Source of the DNA: Polyangium sp. y55x31
Lineage (GTDB): Bacteria; Myxococcota_A; Polyangia; Polyangiales; Polyangiaceae
Direction: 5' to 3'
Length of the DNA stretch: 42,926 nt
Assembly: GCF_029946505.1 (NCBI RefSeq)
Contig: NZ_JARZHG010000009.1
Coordinates: 1 to 42,926, forward strand
Below are positions 34,225 through 42,926 of the stretch, piece after piece. Under the pieces are notes generated by a model, which made no database searches, was not told the DNA's origin, and was given only the letters and a program-made list of their open reading frames with translations. The first letter of the stretch is position 1. The number at the start of each line of letters is the position of its first letter. Made by a program: the position numbers and the translations under genes.

Positions 34225-37200
34225 GTGAGCGAGCCCCAAGACGAGATCGACCTCGCAGAGGACGCGATCGAAGACGACGACGACGACGCTGCGACCATCA
34301 TGGCGCACGTGCCCGACGAGCTGATGGCGTCGCTGCGCAACTCCCGCAGCGAGCCCGAGATCGGCGAGGTGACCGCGCGCATGAAGGAGGACGTGCGGCA
34401 CGAGATGCCCACGAGGCCCGAGGATGACGGGCTCGTGGAGGCCCTCGTCGACGAGACGAAGACGCCGCCGGCCGCGGACACGAGCGCCCACGACGCGGTG
34501 ACGCCCGCAGGGCCTGCCGTCGTCGAGACGCCAGTCGCCGCGGCCGTGGAAGAGCTGGAAGTCGAGCCCGAGGACGACGTCCCGGCCGCGCCGTCGCGTC
34601 GCGAGCGCGCGCCCGTCGCGGGAGCGCCGAAGTTCGACGACGAGCAGGACGCGAGCGCGCACCTCGTGCGCACGCAGCAGCGTGACGCGTGGGCCGAGCG
34701 GGCCGCATGGCTCCGCGCGGAAGCGGAGGCGATGGAGGACAAGGCTGCGCGCGCGAGAGCGCTCGTGGCCGTGTCCGAGATCTACGCGATGGCGGGCGAG
34801 GAGCAGACGGCGCGCGCGATCGCGGCAGAGGCGCGCGATCTCGCGCCGAGCTCTCCGCTCGCGCATCGCCAGATCCGCGGCTTGCTCGCGCGTGATCAGG
34901 ACTGGCAAGGCACGATCGAGGTGCTCGACACCGAGGCGCGCATCGCGCCGACGCCGGCCGCGCGCGCCCACGCAGCCGTGCTCGGCGCCGAGGTCCTGCG
35001 CATCCGCCAGGAGGACGAGGAAGGCGCGCAGAAACGCATGGACCTCGCGCAGCGCGCGCTGCCCACGGATCCGCGCCCGCACGTGCAGCGCTTCTGCGAG
35101 GCGCTCGGCGGCGAAGGCGACGCCTTCACGAAGGTGCGCGCGCCCGAGACGAGCGAGCTTTCGGCGCTGCGCGACGCGTTCACCCAGGTCGCGATCCATC
35201 GCGGCGTGGTGCCGCGTGGCCTCCGCGGTGTCGTCTCCGCGTACGACGCGCTCCTCCGTGCGCGCGCGGCGCTCGAAGCGGGCGACGTGTCCCTCGCGGT
35301 GTCGAGCCTCGGCCGCCTGCGCAGCACCGCCTCCCTCAAGGGCGGCGCGGGCTGGCTCGCGGGCATGCTCGCGGCCGCGAGCAAGGACACGCGGCCGGGC
35401 TCGATCGAGGCCCTGCGCGGCGCGCTCGACGGCACGCACGACGCCGACGCACGGCGCGCCCTCGCGGCCCGCGCGATCGAGCTCGGCGACGCCGCCGCGG
35501 CGCGCGCGGCCGTCGAGGGCAGCGACACGATCGCGTTCTCGGCTGCCGATCGCCTGTCGTTGACGGCGCTCATCGGAGGCTCGCGTGAGCTCTTCGAGCA
35601 GGCCGTCGACGCGGCCGCGGGCGACGACGAGCTCGCGCCGCTGCTCGCTGCGGCGAGCGCGGCCTCCCGCGAGGCCGACACGGCTTCGAGCAGCGTCGTC
35701 GGCACGGGCAGCCCGAGCGCGCGTGCTTCCGCGGCGCTCGGCCGCGCCCTCGCCGACGCGCGCACCGACGGCAAGCCCCTCGGCGAGAACGACGCGCTCG
35801 CCGCGGCGATCCTCGGCTACACCGAACACGCCGCCGATGGCGGCACGGGCCGCGCGCTCAAGCTGGAGCTCGACCTCGAGTCGAAGGCCGGCGCGAGCGT
35901 CGCTCGCGCCGTCGCCGCGTGGCGCGGCGCCGAGGACGGGGATCGCGACAGCGCGCTCGCGGGCGCGCTCCTCGCCGAGCTCGCGGGCGACGCGGAGCTC
36001 GCGGCCGAGGGGTACGATCGCGCGCGCCAGGCCGATCCGGCCCACGAAGGCGCCACGCGCGCTCGCGCGACGGGCGCCGACGCCACCACCGCGTCGAGCG
36101 TCCTCGCCGGCCTCGCGCAGTCGATCGAGCCGGGCACGCGCGCCGCGCTCTTGCTCACGGAGGCGGCGATCCGCTTGCTCGAGGTCGAGGTCCCCGACAC
36201 CTCGATCGACGACGAGCGCGACAAACTCCTCCGCGGCGCGGCCGAGATCGACGCGCGCCTCCCGCTCTCCGTGCACCTCGGCGAGCGCACGGCGCGCGGC
36301 GTGGGTGATCGCGACGGCCTCATCGAGTGGCTCCACCTCCGCCGCCAGGCGAGCGAGGATCCGATCGAGCAGGCCCGCGACTTCGTGCGCGAAGCGCTCA
36401 TCACGCCGGAAGGCGCCGCGCACGCGGCAGGCCTGCTCGCGCAGGCGCTCACGGCGCGACCGGACGACATCGGCCTGCGAGAGCTCTACGAGCGCCTCTC
36501 GCCGGAGCGCCCCGCGGATCGCGCGGCCTGGCGCGCCGAGCGTGCGGCGGCCTCTGCGGGCTCCGACGCCGCGCGCTTCTCGCTCGAAGCCGCGCTCGAG
36601 TACGAGCGCGACGGCGACCTCGAGAAGGCCGCGGCCCTCGCGCGGCAAGCCATCGCTGCGGGCGAGACGCTCCTCGCGCCGCTCTGCGCGTACCGCGCCG
36701 CGCTCGCGGGCCACGGCACGAGTGATCTCGTCGACGGCCTCTTGCAGTACGCCCGCGCGACGGAGGACTCCGTCGAGCGGCTCCAAGCGTACGAGCGCCT
36801 CGCCGAGCTCGACGAGATCGGCCGCGGCGACGCGGCGAGCGGCCTGCTCTGGCGCCGCACGATCCTCGAAGAGACGGAGGCGCACCTGCCGACGCTCCGC
36901 CGCGTCGCGAGCGCCCTCATCGCGGGCGGCCGCGACGAGGAGCTCGAACCGGTCGTCTTCACGCTCGCGAGGACGCTCGAAGGCCCCGAGGCCATCGCGC
37001 ACGCGCACCTCTCCGCGCGCCTTCGCCTCCGCATCCACGGCTGGGACGAGGCGCGCGAGCCGGTCGAGATCGCCTACCGCAACGAGCCTCGTGGGCTCTG
37101 GGCGCTCCGCCAGATGGCGGCGCACGCCCGCGCGCGCGGCGACGAGGCGACGGCGCTCGAAGCCGACCTCGAGCTCGCGAACCGCACCGAGCGCGCCTCC

Positions 37201-39228
37201 GAGATCGCGACGCTCTCGCTGCGCGCCGCCGAGTCCGCGACGCGCGCGGGGCAACCCGAGAAGGCCCGCGAGCTGCTCGAAAAGGCGATCGAGCTCGTGC
37301 CTGGTCACCTCGTGGTGCACCTCGAACGTGCCCGCGCCCTCGAACAGAGCGGCGACTTCGTCGGGGCCGCGACCGCGCTCGAAGCTGCCGCGCAGACCAG
37401 CGCGACGGCCGAGGAGCGCGTGCGCAACCTCTACCTCGCCGCGGTCCTCTGGGCCGACAAGACGAGCGAGACCGAGCGCGCGCGCAGCGCCTTCGAGAGC
37501 GTCTTCGCGGTCGATCCCTCGTACCTCGACGTCTTCCAGCGCTTGCAGGCGATCTACGTCGCGAGCGGCGCGCGGGCCGAGCTCGCTGCGCTCCTCGAAC
37601 GTCGCCTCGACGCCGTCACCGATCCGGCCGAGCGTGTCGAGATGGAGGTCCTGCGTGGCCGCGCGCTCGCCGACGTCGGCGATGCGGCGGCGGCGAAGCA
37701 GGCCCTCGCGGCGGCGCTCGATCAGAACCCCGACCACGTCGAGGCTCTGACGACGTTCGCCGACGTCTGCGCGAAGGAAGACGACTGGGGCGGCGCGGAG
37801 CAGGCCTGGATCCGGCTCGCGCGCCTCGTCGCGGAGCCCGAGCGCCAGGCCGAGCTCTACATGCGCCTCGGCGACCTCTACAACGGCCCGTTGCCGAACG
37901 CCGAGCGCGCCGAGCTCTCCTACCAGGAGGTCTTGAAGCGTTTCGCGAACAACGAGGCTGCGCGTGAGCGCCTCGTCGACCTCTACAAGAATCTCGGCGA
38001 CACGGCGAAGGCCCTCGAGCAGCAGACGATCCTCATCAACAACGTCGAGGAGCCCGAGGCGAAGTGCCGTCGCACGACGCAGCTCGCCGAGATCTACGAG
38101 GCGATGGGCGACCTCAAGAAGGCCGAGCAGACCTTGCTCCAGGCGCGCAAGACCTGGCCCAAGGACGACGTCGCGCTCGGCGCGCTCGCGAGCTTCTACC
38201 AGCGCACCGATCAGGCGCAGGCTGCGAACGTCCTGCTCGATCGTGCCGTCGCCGACGCGCGCCGCGCGCTCGGCACCGGCCGCTTCGAGCCGTACCTCTT
38301 CAGCACCGTCGCCACCGTCGCCGATCTGCGCGGTCGGCCCGAGGTCGCGCGCATCGCGCGTGGCAGCGTGTCGGCCCTCGACGGCGGCGCGGTCGATCTC
38401 CCGGGTGCGGGCGCCGCGGCCGGCGACCTCGCGCTCGACGAGCTCCTCGCGCCCGACGTGATGACGCCTGCGTTCCGCGACCTCCTGCAGCGCACGGGGC
38501 CGATGCTCGACACCGCCGTGCCGTTCGACGTCACGTCGGTCCGCGCGACGCCCTTCCCGCCGCCGCAGGCGCACCTCGCCGAGGAGATCAAGGCCCTCGC
38601 CCACGCCTACGGGATCGAGGATCTGAAGGTGCTCCAGTCGTCGACGCTCGGCTCGGTCTGCATCGCGGCGAGCGCGCATCCCCCGACGATCGTGCTCGGC
38701 GCGCCGCTCGTTTCTGCGACGAACGAGGCCGTTCGCACGTTCCTCGTTCACCGCGCGCTCAAGGTCGTCCAGGCGAACGCCACGGCCTTCGCGCGCACTG
38801 CGCCGATCGACCTCTGGCCGCTGCTCGCCGCGTACCTCAAGGCGCTGAGCCCCGGGTTTGCCCCGCAAGGTGTCGACCCGGCCAAGCTCAACGATGCTTC
38901 GACGCGCGTCGCCAAGGCGCTGCCGGCGAGCCTCGATCCGCAGGTGCGCACGCTCGCGACCGACGTCATCGCCAACATCGGCAACCGCGCCTCGACCCTC
39001 AACACTGCGGTGAACGGCTGGGGTGCGCGCGCGGGCTTGCTCGCGGTCGGCGATCCCAACATCGCGCTCACGGGCATTGCCTGGGCCGGCGGCCACACGA
39101 ACCAGCCTCCGGCCTCGGGCAAGGAGCGCCTCACCTGGATCGGCCGCAACGCCGAGGCCCGCGAGCTCATCGTCTTCTCGGTGAGCGACGCCTACGCCGA
39201 CGCCCGCGCGCGCCTCGGCCTCGACTGA
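34225..39228 (+). CDS. Giant TPR-like / alpha-helical repeat protein B (~1667 aa). It is a paralogue of protein A and has an acidic N-terminal segment.
   Basis: In-frame part of track ORF 33232..39228. Candidate starts are GTG 34189 (GTGA overlap with the stop of A), GTG 34225 (preferred: AAGGA 11 nt upstream, GC3 rises after it) and ATG 34300. The C-terminal domain aligns with that of protein A (A: …EWMGAVGFEGDFELYVGG…AIVVGSGITTP… versus B: …LAHAYGIEDLKVLQSS…TIVLGAPLVSATN…). Confidence 0.7.
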   Translation: MSEPQDEIDLAEDAIEDDDDDAATIMAHVPDELMASLRNSRSEPEIGEVTARMKEDVRHEMPTRPEDDGLVEALVDETKTPPAADTSAHDAVTPAGPAVVETPVAAAVEELEVEPEDDVPAAPSRRERAPVAGAPKFDDEQDASAHLVRTQQRDAWAERAAWLRAEAEAMEDKAARARALVAVSEIYAMAGEEQTARAIAAEARDLAPSSPLAHRQIRGLLARDQDWQGTIEVLDTEARIAPTPAARAHAAVLGAEVLRIRQEDEEGAQKRMDLAQRALPTDPRPHVQRFCEALGGEGDAFTKVRAPETSELSALRDAFTQVAIHRGVVPRGLRGVVSAYDALLRARAALEAGDVSLAVSSLGRLRSTASLKGGAGWLAGMLAAASKDTRPGSIEALRGALDGTHDADARRALAARAIELGDAAAARAAVEGSDTIAFSAADRLSLTALIGGSRELFEQAVDAAAGDDELAPLLAAASAASREADTASSSVVGTGSPSARASAALGRALADARTDGKPLGENDALAAAILGYTEHAADGGTGRALKLELDLESKAGASVARAVAAWRGAEDGDRDSALAGALLAELAGDAELAAEGYDRARQADPAHEGATRARATGADATTASSVLAGLAQSIEPGTRAALLLTEAAIRLLEVEVPDTSIDDERDKLLRGAAEIDARLPLSVHLGERTARGVGDRDGLIEWLHLRRQASEDPIEQARDFVREALITPEGAAHAAGLLAQALTARPDDIGLRELYERLSPERPADRAAWRAERAAASAGSDAARFSLEAALEYERDGDLEKAAALARQAIAAGETLLAPLCAYRAALAGHGTSDLVDGLLQYARATEDSVERLQAYERLAELDEIGRGDAASGLLWRRTILEETEAHLPTLRRVASALIAGGRDEELEPVVFTLARTLEGPEAIAHAHLSARLRLRIHGWDEAREPVEIAYRNEPRGLWALRQMAAHARARGDEATALEADLELANRTERASEIATLSLRAAESATRAGQPEKARELLEKAIELVPGHLVVHLERARALEQSGDFVGAATALEAAAQTSATAEERVRNLYLAAVLWADKTSETERARSAFESVFAVDPSYLDVFQRLQAIYVASGARAELAALLERRLDAVTDPAERVEMEVLRGRALADVGDAAAAKQALAAALDQNPDHVEALTTFADVCAKEDDWGGAEQAWIRLARLVAEPERQAELYMRLGDLYNGPLPNAERAELSYQEVLKRFANNEAARERLVDLYKNLGDTAKALEQQTILINNVEEPEAKCRRTTQLAEIYEAMGDLKKAEQTLLQARKTWPKDDVALGALASFYQRTDQAQAANVLLDRAVADARRALGTGRFEPYLFSTVATVADLRGRPEVARIARGSVSALDGGAVDLPGAGAAAGDLALDELLAPDVMTPAFRDLLQRTGPMLDTAVPFDVTSVRATPFPPPQAHLAEEIKALAHAYGIEDLKVLQSSTLGSVCIAASAHPPTIVLGAPLVSATNEAVRTFLVHRALKVVQANATAFARTAPIDLWPLLAAYLKALSPGFAPQGVDPAKLNDASTRVAKALPASLDPQVRTLATDVIANIGNRASTLNTAVNGWGARAGLLAVGDPNIALTGIAWAGGHTNQPPASGKERLTWIGRNAEARELIVFSVSDAYADARARLGLD

Positions 39229-39244
39229 TCCCTCCCGCCCGCGC

Positions 39245-40243
39245 TTGCCCTCGCGCCTCTTCCCCTCCGCGGCGGCCCTCCTCTTCGGGGCCGCCGCCTG
39301 CTCCTCCCCGGACGCCTCGCCTGCGCCCACCCCGCCTGCGTCTGCGGCTGCTGCGCCGCCTGCGCCCGCTCCCCTCCCCTCGGCTGCGCCTCCGCCCGAA
39401 CCTTCCCGCTGCGCCGCCGTCGCCTGCGCCTCCATCGAGCGCTGCGACGAGGCCACGGGCGCGTGCGTCCCGCATTGCCCTGCGGGCGAGGTTTACATCC
39501 CGAAAACCGGCCCCGATGGGTTCGTCATGGGCAAAGGTTTTACCTTGAACGGCGGCGCGCGCCGCCTCCGCAAGGGACACCAGCCCGACTCCGATCGCCC
39601 CCACCGCGTCGTCCTCACCCGCCCGTTTTGCATGGACGAGACCGAGGTCACCGTCGCCGCCATGAAACAATGCGTCGACGCGAAGGCCTGCGACCCGCCG
39701 AAGACCCTCGAAGTCTGGGCGAACTATCCCCGCCGCCCCGATCACCCCGCCAACGAAGTCTCCTGGGACAAAGCCAAGAAGTATTGCAAGGCCCAAGGAA
39801 AGGACCTCCCCACCGAAGCGCAATGGGAATGGGCGGCGACCGGCGGCGACGGACGCAAATGGCCCTGGGGCAATGACGAACCCACCTGCGAGCACGCCGA
39901 TTTCACGATCGGCGTCCTCGTCTCGCCCGGCGGCGACTCCGGCTGCCACGGCGGCGGCACCTCGCCCGTGCGTTCGCATCCGAAGGGCGACCGCGCCTGG
40001 CCCACGGGCACCCTCCACGACCTCGCGGGCAACGTCTGGGAATGGTGCGACGACACCTACGCCAAATATGGCGCGGACCCGGTCACGGATCCCCATGTGC
40101 AAAAGCCCGGCGTCCTCGTGCACGTCGTGCGCGGGGGCGGCTGGAATCGCTCGAACCTCGGCATCCAGACGGCCTTCCGCGGCGCCGCCATTCACACCTA
40201 CGAGGTCCCCGGGCTCGGCTTTCGTTGCGTCCGGAACCCGTGA
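39245..40243 (+). CDS. Formylglycine-generating-enzyme (FGE)-sulfatase / SUMF1-family domain lipoprotein, 332 aa.
   Basis: Track ORF (TTG start, so the start is uncertain). Signal with …LLFGAAAC lipobox. Family motifs: …VSWDKAKKYC…, …GNVWEWCDD…, …VVRGGGWN…, …GFRCVRNP. Confidence 0.8.
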   Translation: MPSRLFPSAAALLFGAAACSSPDASPAPTPPASAAAAPPAPAPLPSAAPPPEPSRCAAVACASIERCDEATGACVPHCPAGEVYIPKTGPDGFVMGKGFTLNGGARRLRKGHQPDSDRPHRVVLTRPFCMDETEVTVAAMKQCVDAKACDPPKTLEVWANYPRRPDHPANEVSWDKAKKYCKAQGKDLPTEAQWEWAATGGDGRKWPWGNDEPTCEHADFTIGVLVSPGGDSGCHGGGTSPVRSHPKGDRAWPTGTLHDLAGNVWEWCDDTYAKYGADPVTDPHVQKPGVLVHVVRGGGWNRSNLGIQTAFRGAAIHTYEVPGLGFRCVRNP

Positions 40244-40249
40244 ACGGCC

Positions 40250-40277
40250 GGGGAGGGCCCCGCGTGGAGCCCTCCCC
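40250..40277. terminator. Bidirectional terminator-like hairpin GGGGAGGGC-N10-GCCCTCCCC followed by a T-rich ATTCGTTTCC, between the convergent FGE and HAD genes.
   Basis: Seen in the sequence. Confidence 0.5.
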
Positions 40278-40291
40278 ATTCGTTTCCTCGA

Positions 40292-41764
40292 TCAGAACAC
40301 CGTATCCATCTGATCCGGGATCACCTCTCCCACCTCGTTCGCACACGCAATGCCTGCGCCCGACGCGTCCTTGCACCCCGTCAACGAACACGGGTACGGC
40401 GCGGCCTTCTGCGGGTTTGGCAGGATGAACATCGGATTGACGATCCACTTGTTCATGTAGTTCGCGTACGCGTTGCACATGAGCTCGTTCTTGTTGCGGT
40501 TGATCGCGAGCTTCAGCACCGTCGCGTCGTGCAGGAACGAGATGTCCGTATCCGAATCGCCTGCGCCGAACACCGGCCGCTTCTTCATGTCCGCGTTCGG
40601 CATCTCCGCCTCGGCCCCGGCCACCCCGTAGATCACCTTGTTCATCCAGCAGCGCTTGCCCTCGATGTACGTGATCATCGTATTGCCGACCGGGTTCCCA
40701 CCGTTGCCCGATCCATCCACGACCGACCCGCAGCCTTCGAAGTCGTACGTCAGCTTTCCGCCCCCGTCGAGCAGGTTCCGGATCGCAATCACGTGATCCG
40801 CGCCCACGCTCACGCGCTCCGCGAACGCCTCCACGTTGGGCTGCGGCGACGCTGAAATCACCCACACGTCGAGCCCGTTCTTCTGCATCACGTCGATCAG
40901 ATCCTTGATCTGCTCGTAGATCCGCACGTATGCATTGACCGACGTCGTCCCGATCGTCTGCTTCGACCCCTCCGCCGCGGCGAGCCCCTCTTCGATCGCC
41001 GTGTTCGCGAATGCCTTCATCTCGGCCGGCGTGTATCCCGCCTGGATCTGCGCGGCCCATGCATACGCGGGCTCCATCGTCCGGTAATCCCACCCTGCGA
41101 ACGCCGCCTTCGCGCCCACGGTCTTCGCCGTCGTATACACCGCGAGGATCTCGTCCGCGCATTCCGCGTTCGTGCTCGTCGGCAGCGGCATCCCCGCTTC
41201 GGCCAGGCTCCCGCACGCCTGGTTCAGCGCGTTGCGCGCGTCATTCGTCAGGAAACGGCTCGTCGCGCGCCAGTCCTTGTTCGGCGGCTGCATGATCTTG
41301 TCGTTCTTCACGAGCCAGAAGAACACGAGGTCTCCCACGTCGTTCTTGATGACCGTGTTGTCCCAGTCGAAAATCGCGACCGGCTTCTCCGTGGGATCGT
41401 ACGACGGGCTGTTCACCCCGACATCGTCGATCATCTTGTCGAGCGCATCGCGGTTCTGCCCGTACCACGGCAGATTCGTATTCAGGTCGGGCGCGGCCAT
41501 CGAGCCGCCCGCGCCGCCCATCCCGCCGGCCCCGCCCATTCCACCGGCGCCCCCCATTCCACCCGTGCCCCCCATTCCGCCCGTACCGCCCATTCCACCA
41601 ATGCCGCCGGTGCCCCCCGTACCGCCCGTGCCACCGGTCGCGCCAGCTCCCCCGTTGCCTCCGGAGCCGTTCTCGCCCTCGTCCGTGCAAGCCGCCGAGA
41701 GCGTCGCCATCCCCACAACGAGCGCGACGGGAAGAAAAGATCGAATCTTGATCATGACAAGCAT
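40292..41764 (-). CDS. HAD-superfamily (HAD-IB-like) hydrolase lipoprotein, 490 aa, with a Gly/Thr/Met-rich flexible linker after the lipobox.
   Basis: Track ORF. Signal …MIKIRSFLPVALVVGMATLSAAC; linker GGTGGTGGTGGIGGMGGTGGMGG… HAD motif I (VAIFDWDNTVIKNDVGD) and later motifs (…VWVISASPQ…, …GAGDSDTDISFL…). The start may be M4 (an AAGGGG box fits M4 better). Confidence 0.7.
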   Translation of the reverse strand: MLVMIKIRSFLPVALVVGMATLSAACTDEGENGSGGNGGAGATGGTGGTGGTGGIGGMGGTGGMGGTGGMGGAGGMGGAGGMGGAGGSMAAPDLNTNLPWYGQNRDALDKMIDDVGVNSPSYDPTEKPVAIFDWDNTVIKNDVGDLVFFWLVKNDKIMQPPNKDWRATSRFLTNDARNALNQACGSLAEAGMPLPTSTNAECADEILAVYTTAKTVGAKAAFAGWDYRTMEPAYAWAAQIQAGYTPAEMKAFANTAIEEGLAAAEGSKQTIGTTSVNAYVRIYEQIKDLIDVMQKNGLDVWVISASPQPNVEAFAERVSVGADHVIAIRNLLDGGGKLTYDFEGCGSVVDGSGNGGNPVGNTMITYIEGKRCWMNKVIYGVAGAEAEMPNADMKKRPVFGAGDSDTDISFLHDATVLKLAINRNKNELMCNAYANYMNKWIVNPMFILPNPQKAAPYPCSLTGCKDASGAGIACANEVGEVIPDQMDTVF

Positions 41765-41922
41765 CCCCTTTCCGAGATCACCCTACCACGGAAAGCACGA
41801 ATCCCGTGAACACCATTTTCACGACATCATGGTAACACGGTGAGCCATTCGCTATTTCCACACGCAAAAGCCGCTCCAAGGCGCGAGCGCGCCTGCTCGA
41901 TTCGATCCACGCTCACGGCCAC

Positions 41923-42926
41923 ATGGCCTTCCCCCCGGCCCCTCGATTCGCGCCCAGGTCCCTCGCCCGCTTCGCGCTCCTCGGCTTCGCCGCGTGCTCA
42001 CCCTCGCCGAAGCCCGATTCGCAAGCGAGCGCCCCGCCCATCGAGCCCGAGCGGCCCGCCGCCGCCACGACGCCCGCGCCCCCCCAAAACCCCTCGTTCG
42101 AGCGTGAAGCCCGCGGCACGAAGCTCCGCCTCGTCTTTCACGCCGATCCCCTCCCGAACCTCGTCTACCAGCTCGATTGCATGGCCGGCCGGCACCCCTG
42201 CTCCCGCGCCGCATACGAGGCCCTCTGGCAAAACGAGCTCGGCTGGGACGACGAGGATCGCCGCACCCTCGAAGCCTTCCGCAAGATCCGCGAAGCCTGG
42301 AACGGCCGCATCGAGCTACGCCCCCCCGCCCCCGCCGCGCCCCTCCCCTTGCCGCACGCCGATCGCACCGTCGCCGCGCGCCTCTCCATCGCCGGCCTCG
42401 TCGCGCGGACGCCCGACGAGCACGTCCGTTACCTCGGCCTCGTCACCACGCCCGTCGACGCGCAGCGCGCCCAGGCCCTCGTCGACCATTTCCGCCCTCG
42501 ATTCGATCGATACTGGGAGCGCGAGGGCCGCGCCCATTGCGAGGCGTCCGCCGAGAAGCTCGCCGCCCTCTTCCAGCGCGAGGGCCTCACGGGCCACGTC
42601 GAGGCGCTCGTCGGGTTTTACCAGGCAGACCTCCCCGAGGGCGCGCCGCTCCATTTCCACCTCATGGCCCGCCCGGCCCACCGCTCCGTCGACGCCGCCC
42701 GCCAGATCGGCGGCCACGCCGTCATCGAAATGCCGACCGGCGAACCCCCCGAGGACCGCGCCCCCGTCGTCGTCCACGAAATGCTCCACCACCTGCACGC
42801 CGCCGCGACCGACGAGCGCCTCGCCGCCCTCTCGCGATCGTTCGTCGAGACGAACGACCCCCTCGCCGCGGCCTCGTATGCGGTCCTCGACGAGGCCCTC
42901 GCCACGGCGCTCGGCACCGCGAAGGC
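41923..42926 (+). CDS. Putative lipoprotein with an HExxH motif (VVVHEMLHHL), partial: it runs off the right edge. Possible zinc metallopeptidase-like protein.
   Basis: Not in the track because there is no stop in the window. Manual translation from the ATG at 41923 gives MAFPPAPRFAPRSLARFALLGFAACSPSPKPDSQ… with high GC3 through to the window end. Overlapping minus-strand track ORFs are Arg/Gly-rich artefacts. Confidence 0.5.
   Translation, partial: MAFPPAPRFAPRSLARFALLGFAACSPSPKPDSQASAPPIEPERPAAATTPAPPQNPSFEREARGTKLRLVFHADPLPNLVYQLDCMAGRHPCSRAAYEALWQNELGWDDEDRRTLEAFRKIREAWNGRIELRPPAPAAPLPLPHADRTVAARLSIAGLVARTPDEHVRYLGLVTTPVDAQRAQALVDHFRPRFDRYWEREGRAHCEASAEKLAALFQREGLTGHVEALVGFYQADLPEGAPLHFHLMARPAHRSVDAARQIGGHAVIEMPTGEPPEDRAPVVVHEMLHHLHAAATDERLAALSRSFVETNDPLAAASYAVLDEALATALGTAK

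Noticed and set aside
29495-39456. Antisense giant ORFs 29495..34210 (-) and 34150..39456 (-), and the frame-shifted N-terminal 319 codons of 33232..39228 (+)
   Set aside because: Arg-rich shadows of the two giant TPR genes. The first 319 codons of the 33232 ORF overlap the 3' end of gene A in another frame.
1-42926. tRNA, rRNA, transposase/IS and integrase signatures
   Set aside because: No T-loop-like GGTTCGAATCC motifs, no rRNA-like conserved stretches, no transposase/IS or integrase-like ORFs, and no obvious terminal inverted repeats flanking any gene block were seen.

Overview
This is a ~70% GC window whose codon bias and protein families point to a myxobacterium (Myxococcota). One protein carries a MYXO-CTERM sorting tail and the Myxococcus cysteine-rich repeat. 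Other proteins include MJ0042 zinc-ribbon/TPR proteins and several lipoproteins. I support 24 protein-coding genes and found no rRNA, tRNA or CRISPR.

Left third (2949..16786, minus strand): a contiguous, co-directional type VI secretion system (T6SS) core cluster in the order tssJ-tssK-tssL-tssM-tssA-tssB-tssC-hcp-tssE-tssF-tssG. Its junctions are tightly packed or overlapping (ATGA/GTGA overlaps, a 37-nt tssF/tssG overlap). The cluster is preceded by a DUF2085-like membrane protein. It is followed, after a perfect 10-bp-stem hairpin, by a >=930-aa Lys/Glu/Ala-rich coiled-coil protein that runs off the left edge. No clpV (tssH), vgrG (tssI) or PAAR gene is present in the window.

Right two thirds: accessory-looking genes. 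These are a secreted Ig-like lipoprotein, a small hypothetical protein, and a ~370-nt intergenic array of degenerate ~23-nt GAGGA...TCCTC hairpin repeats. Next comes a 1207-aa lipoprotein built of ~17 tandem ~48-aa repeats followed by the cysteine-rich module and MYXO-CTERM. There is also a 1453-aa zinc-ribbon / repeat-linker / TM / TPR protein with a GltJ(AgmX)-like architecture, a parvulin-type PPIase, and a PHA-system family protein. A ~550-nt leader packed with 8-10 perfect palindromes (two covarying AACTGCGC-N3-GCGCAGTT hairpins) precedes a translationally coupled pair of paralogous giant (~1600 and ~1670 aa) TPR/alpha-helical proteins. The window ends with an FGE-sulfatase (SUMF1-like) lipoprotein, a HAD-family lipoprotein and a partial HExxH lipoprotein.

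Most long ORFs in the supplied track that lie antisense or out of frame to these genes are Arg/Ala/Ser-rich artefacts of high-GC DNA and were rejected.

Start coordinates refined here were derived from amino-acid offsets inside track ORFs. Hairpin coordinates read from the text are accurate to about +/-2 nt.
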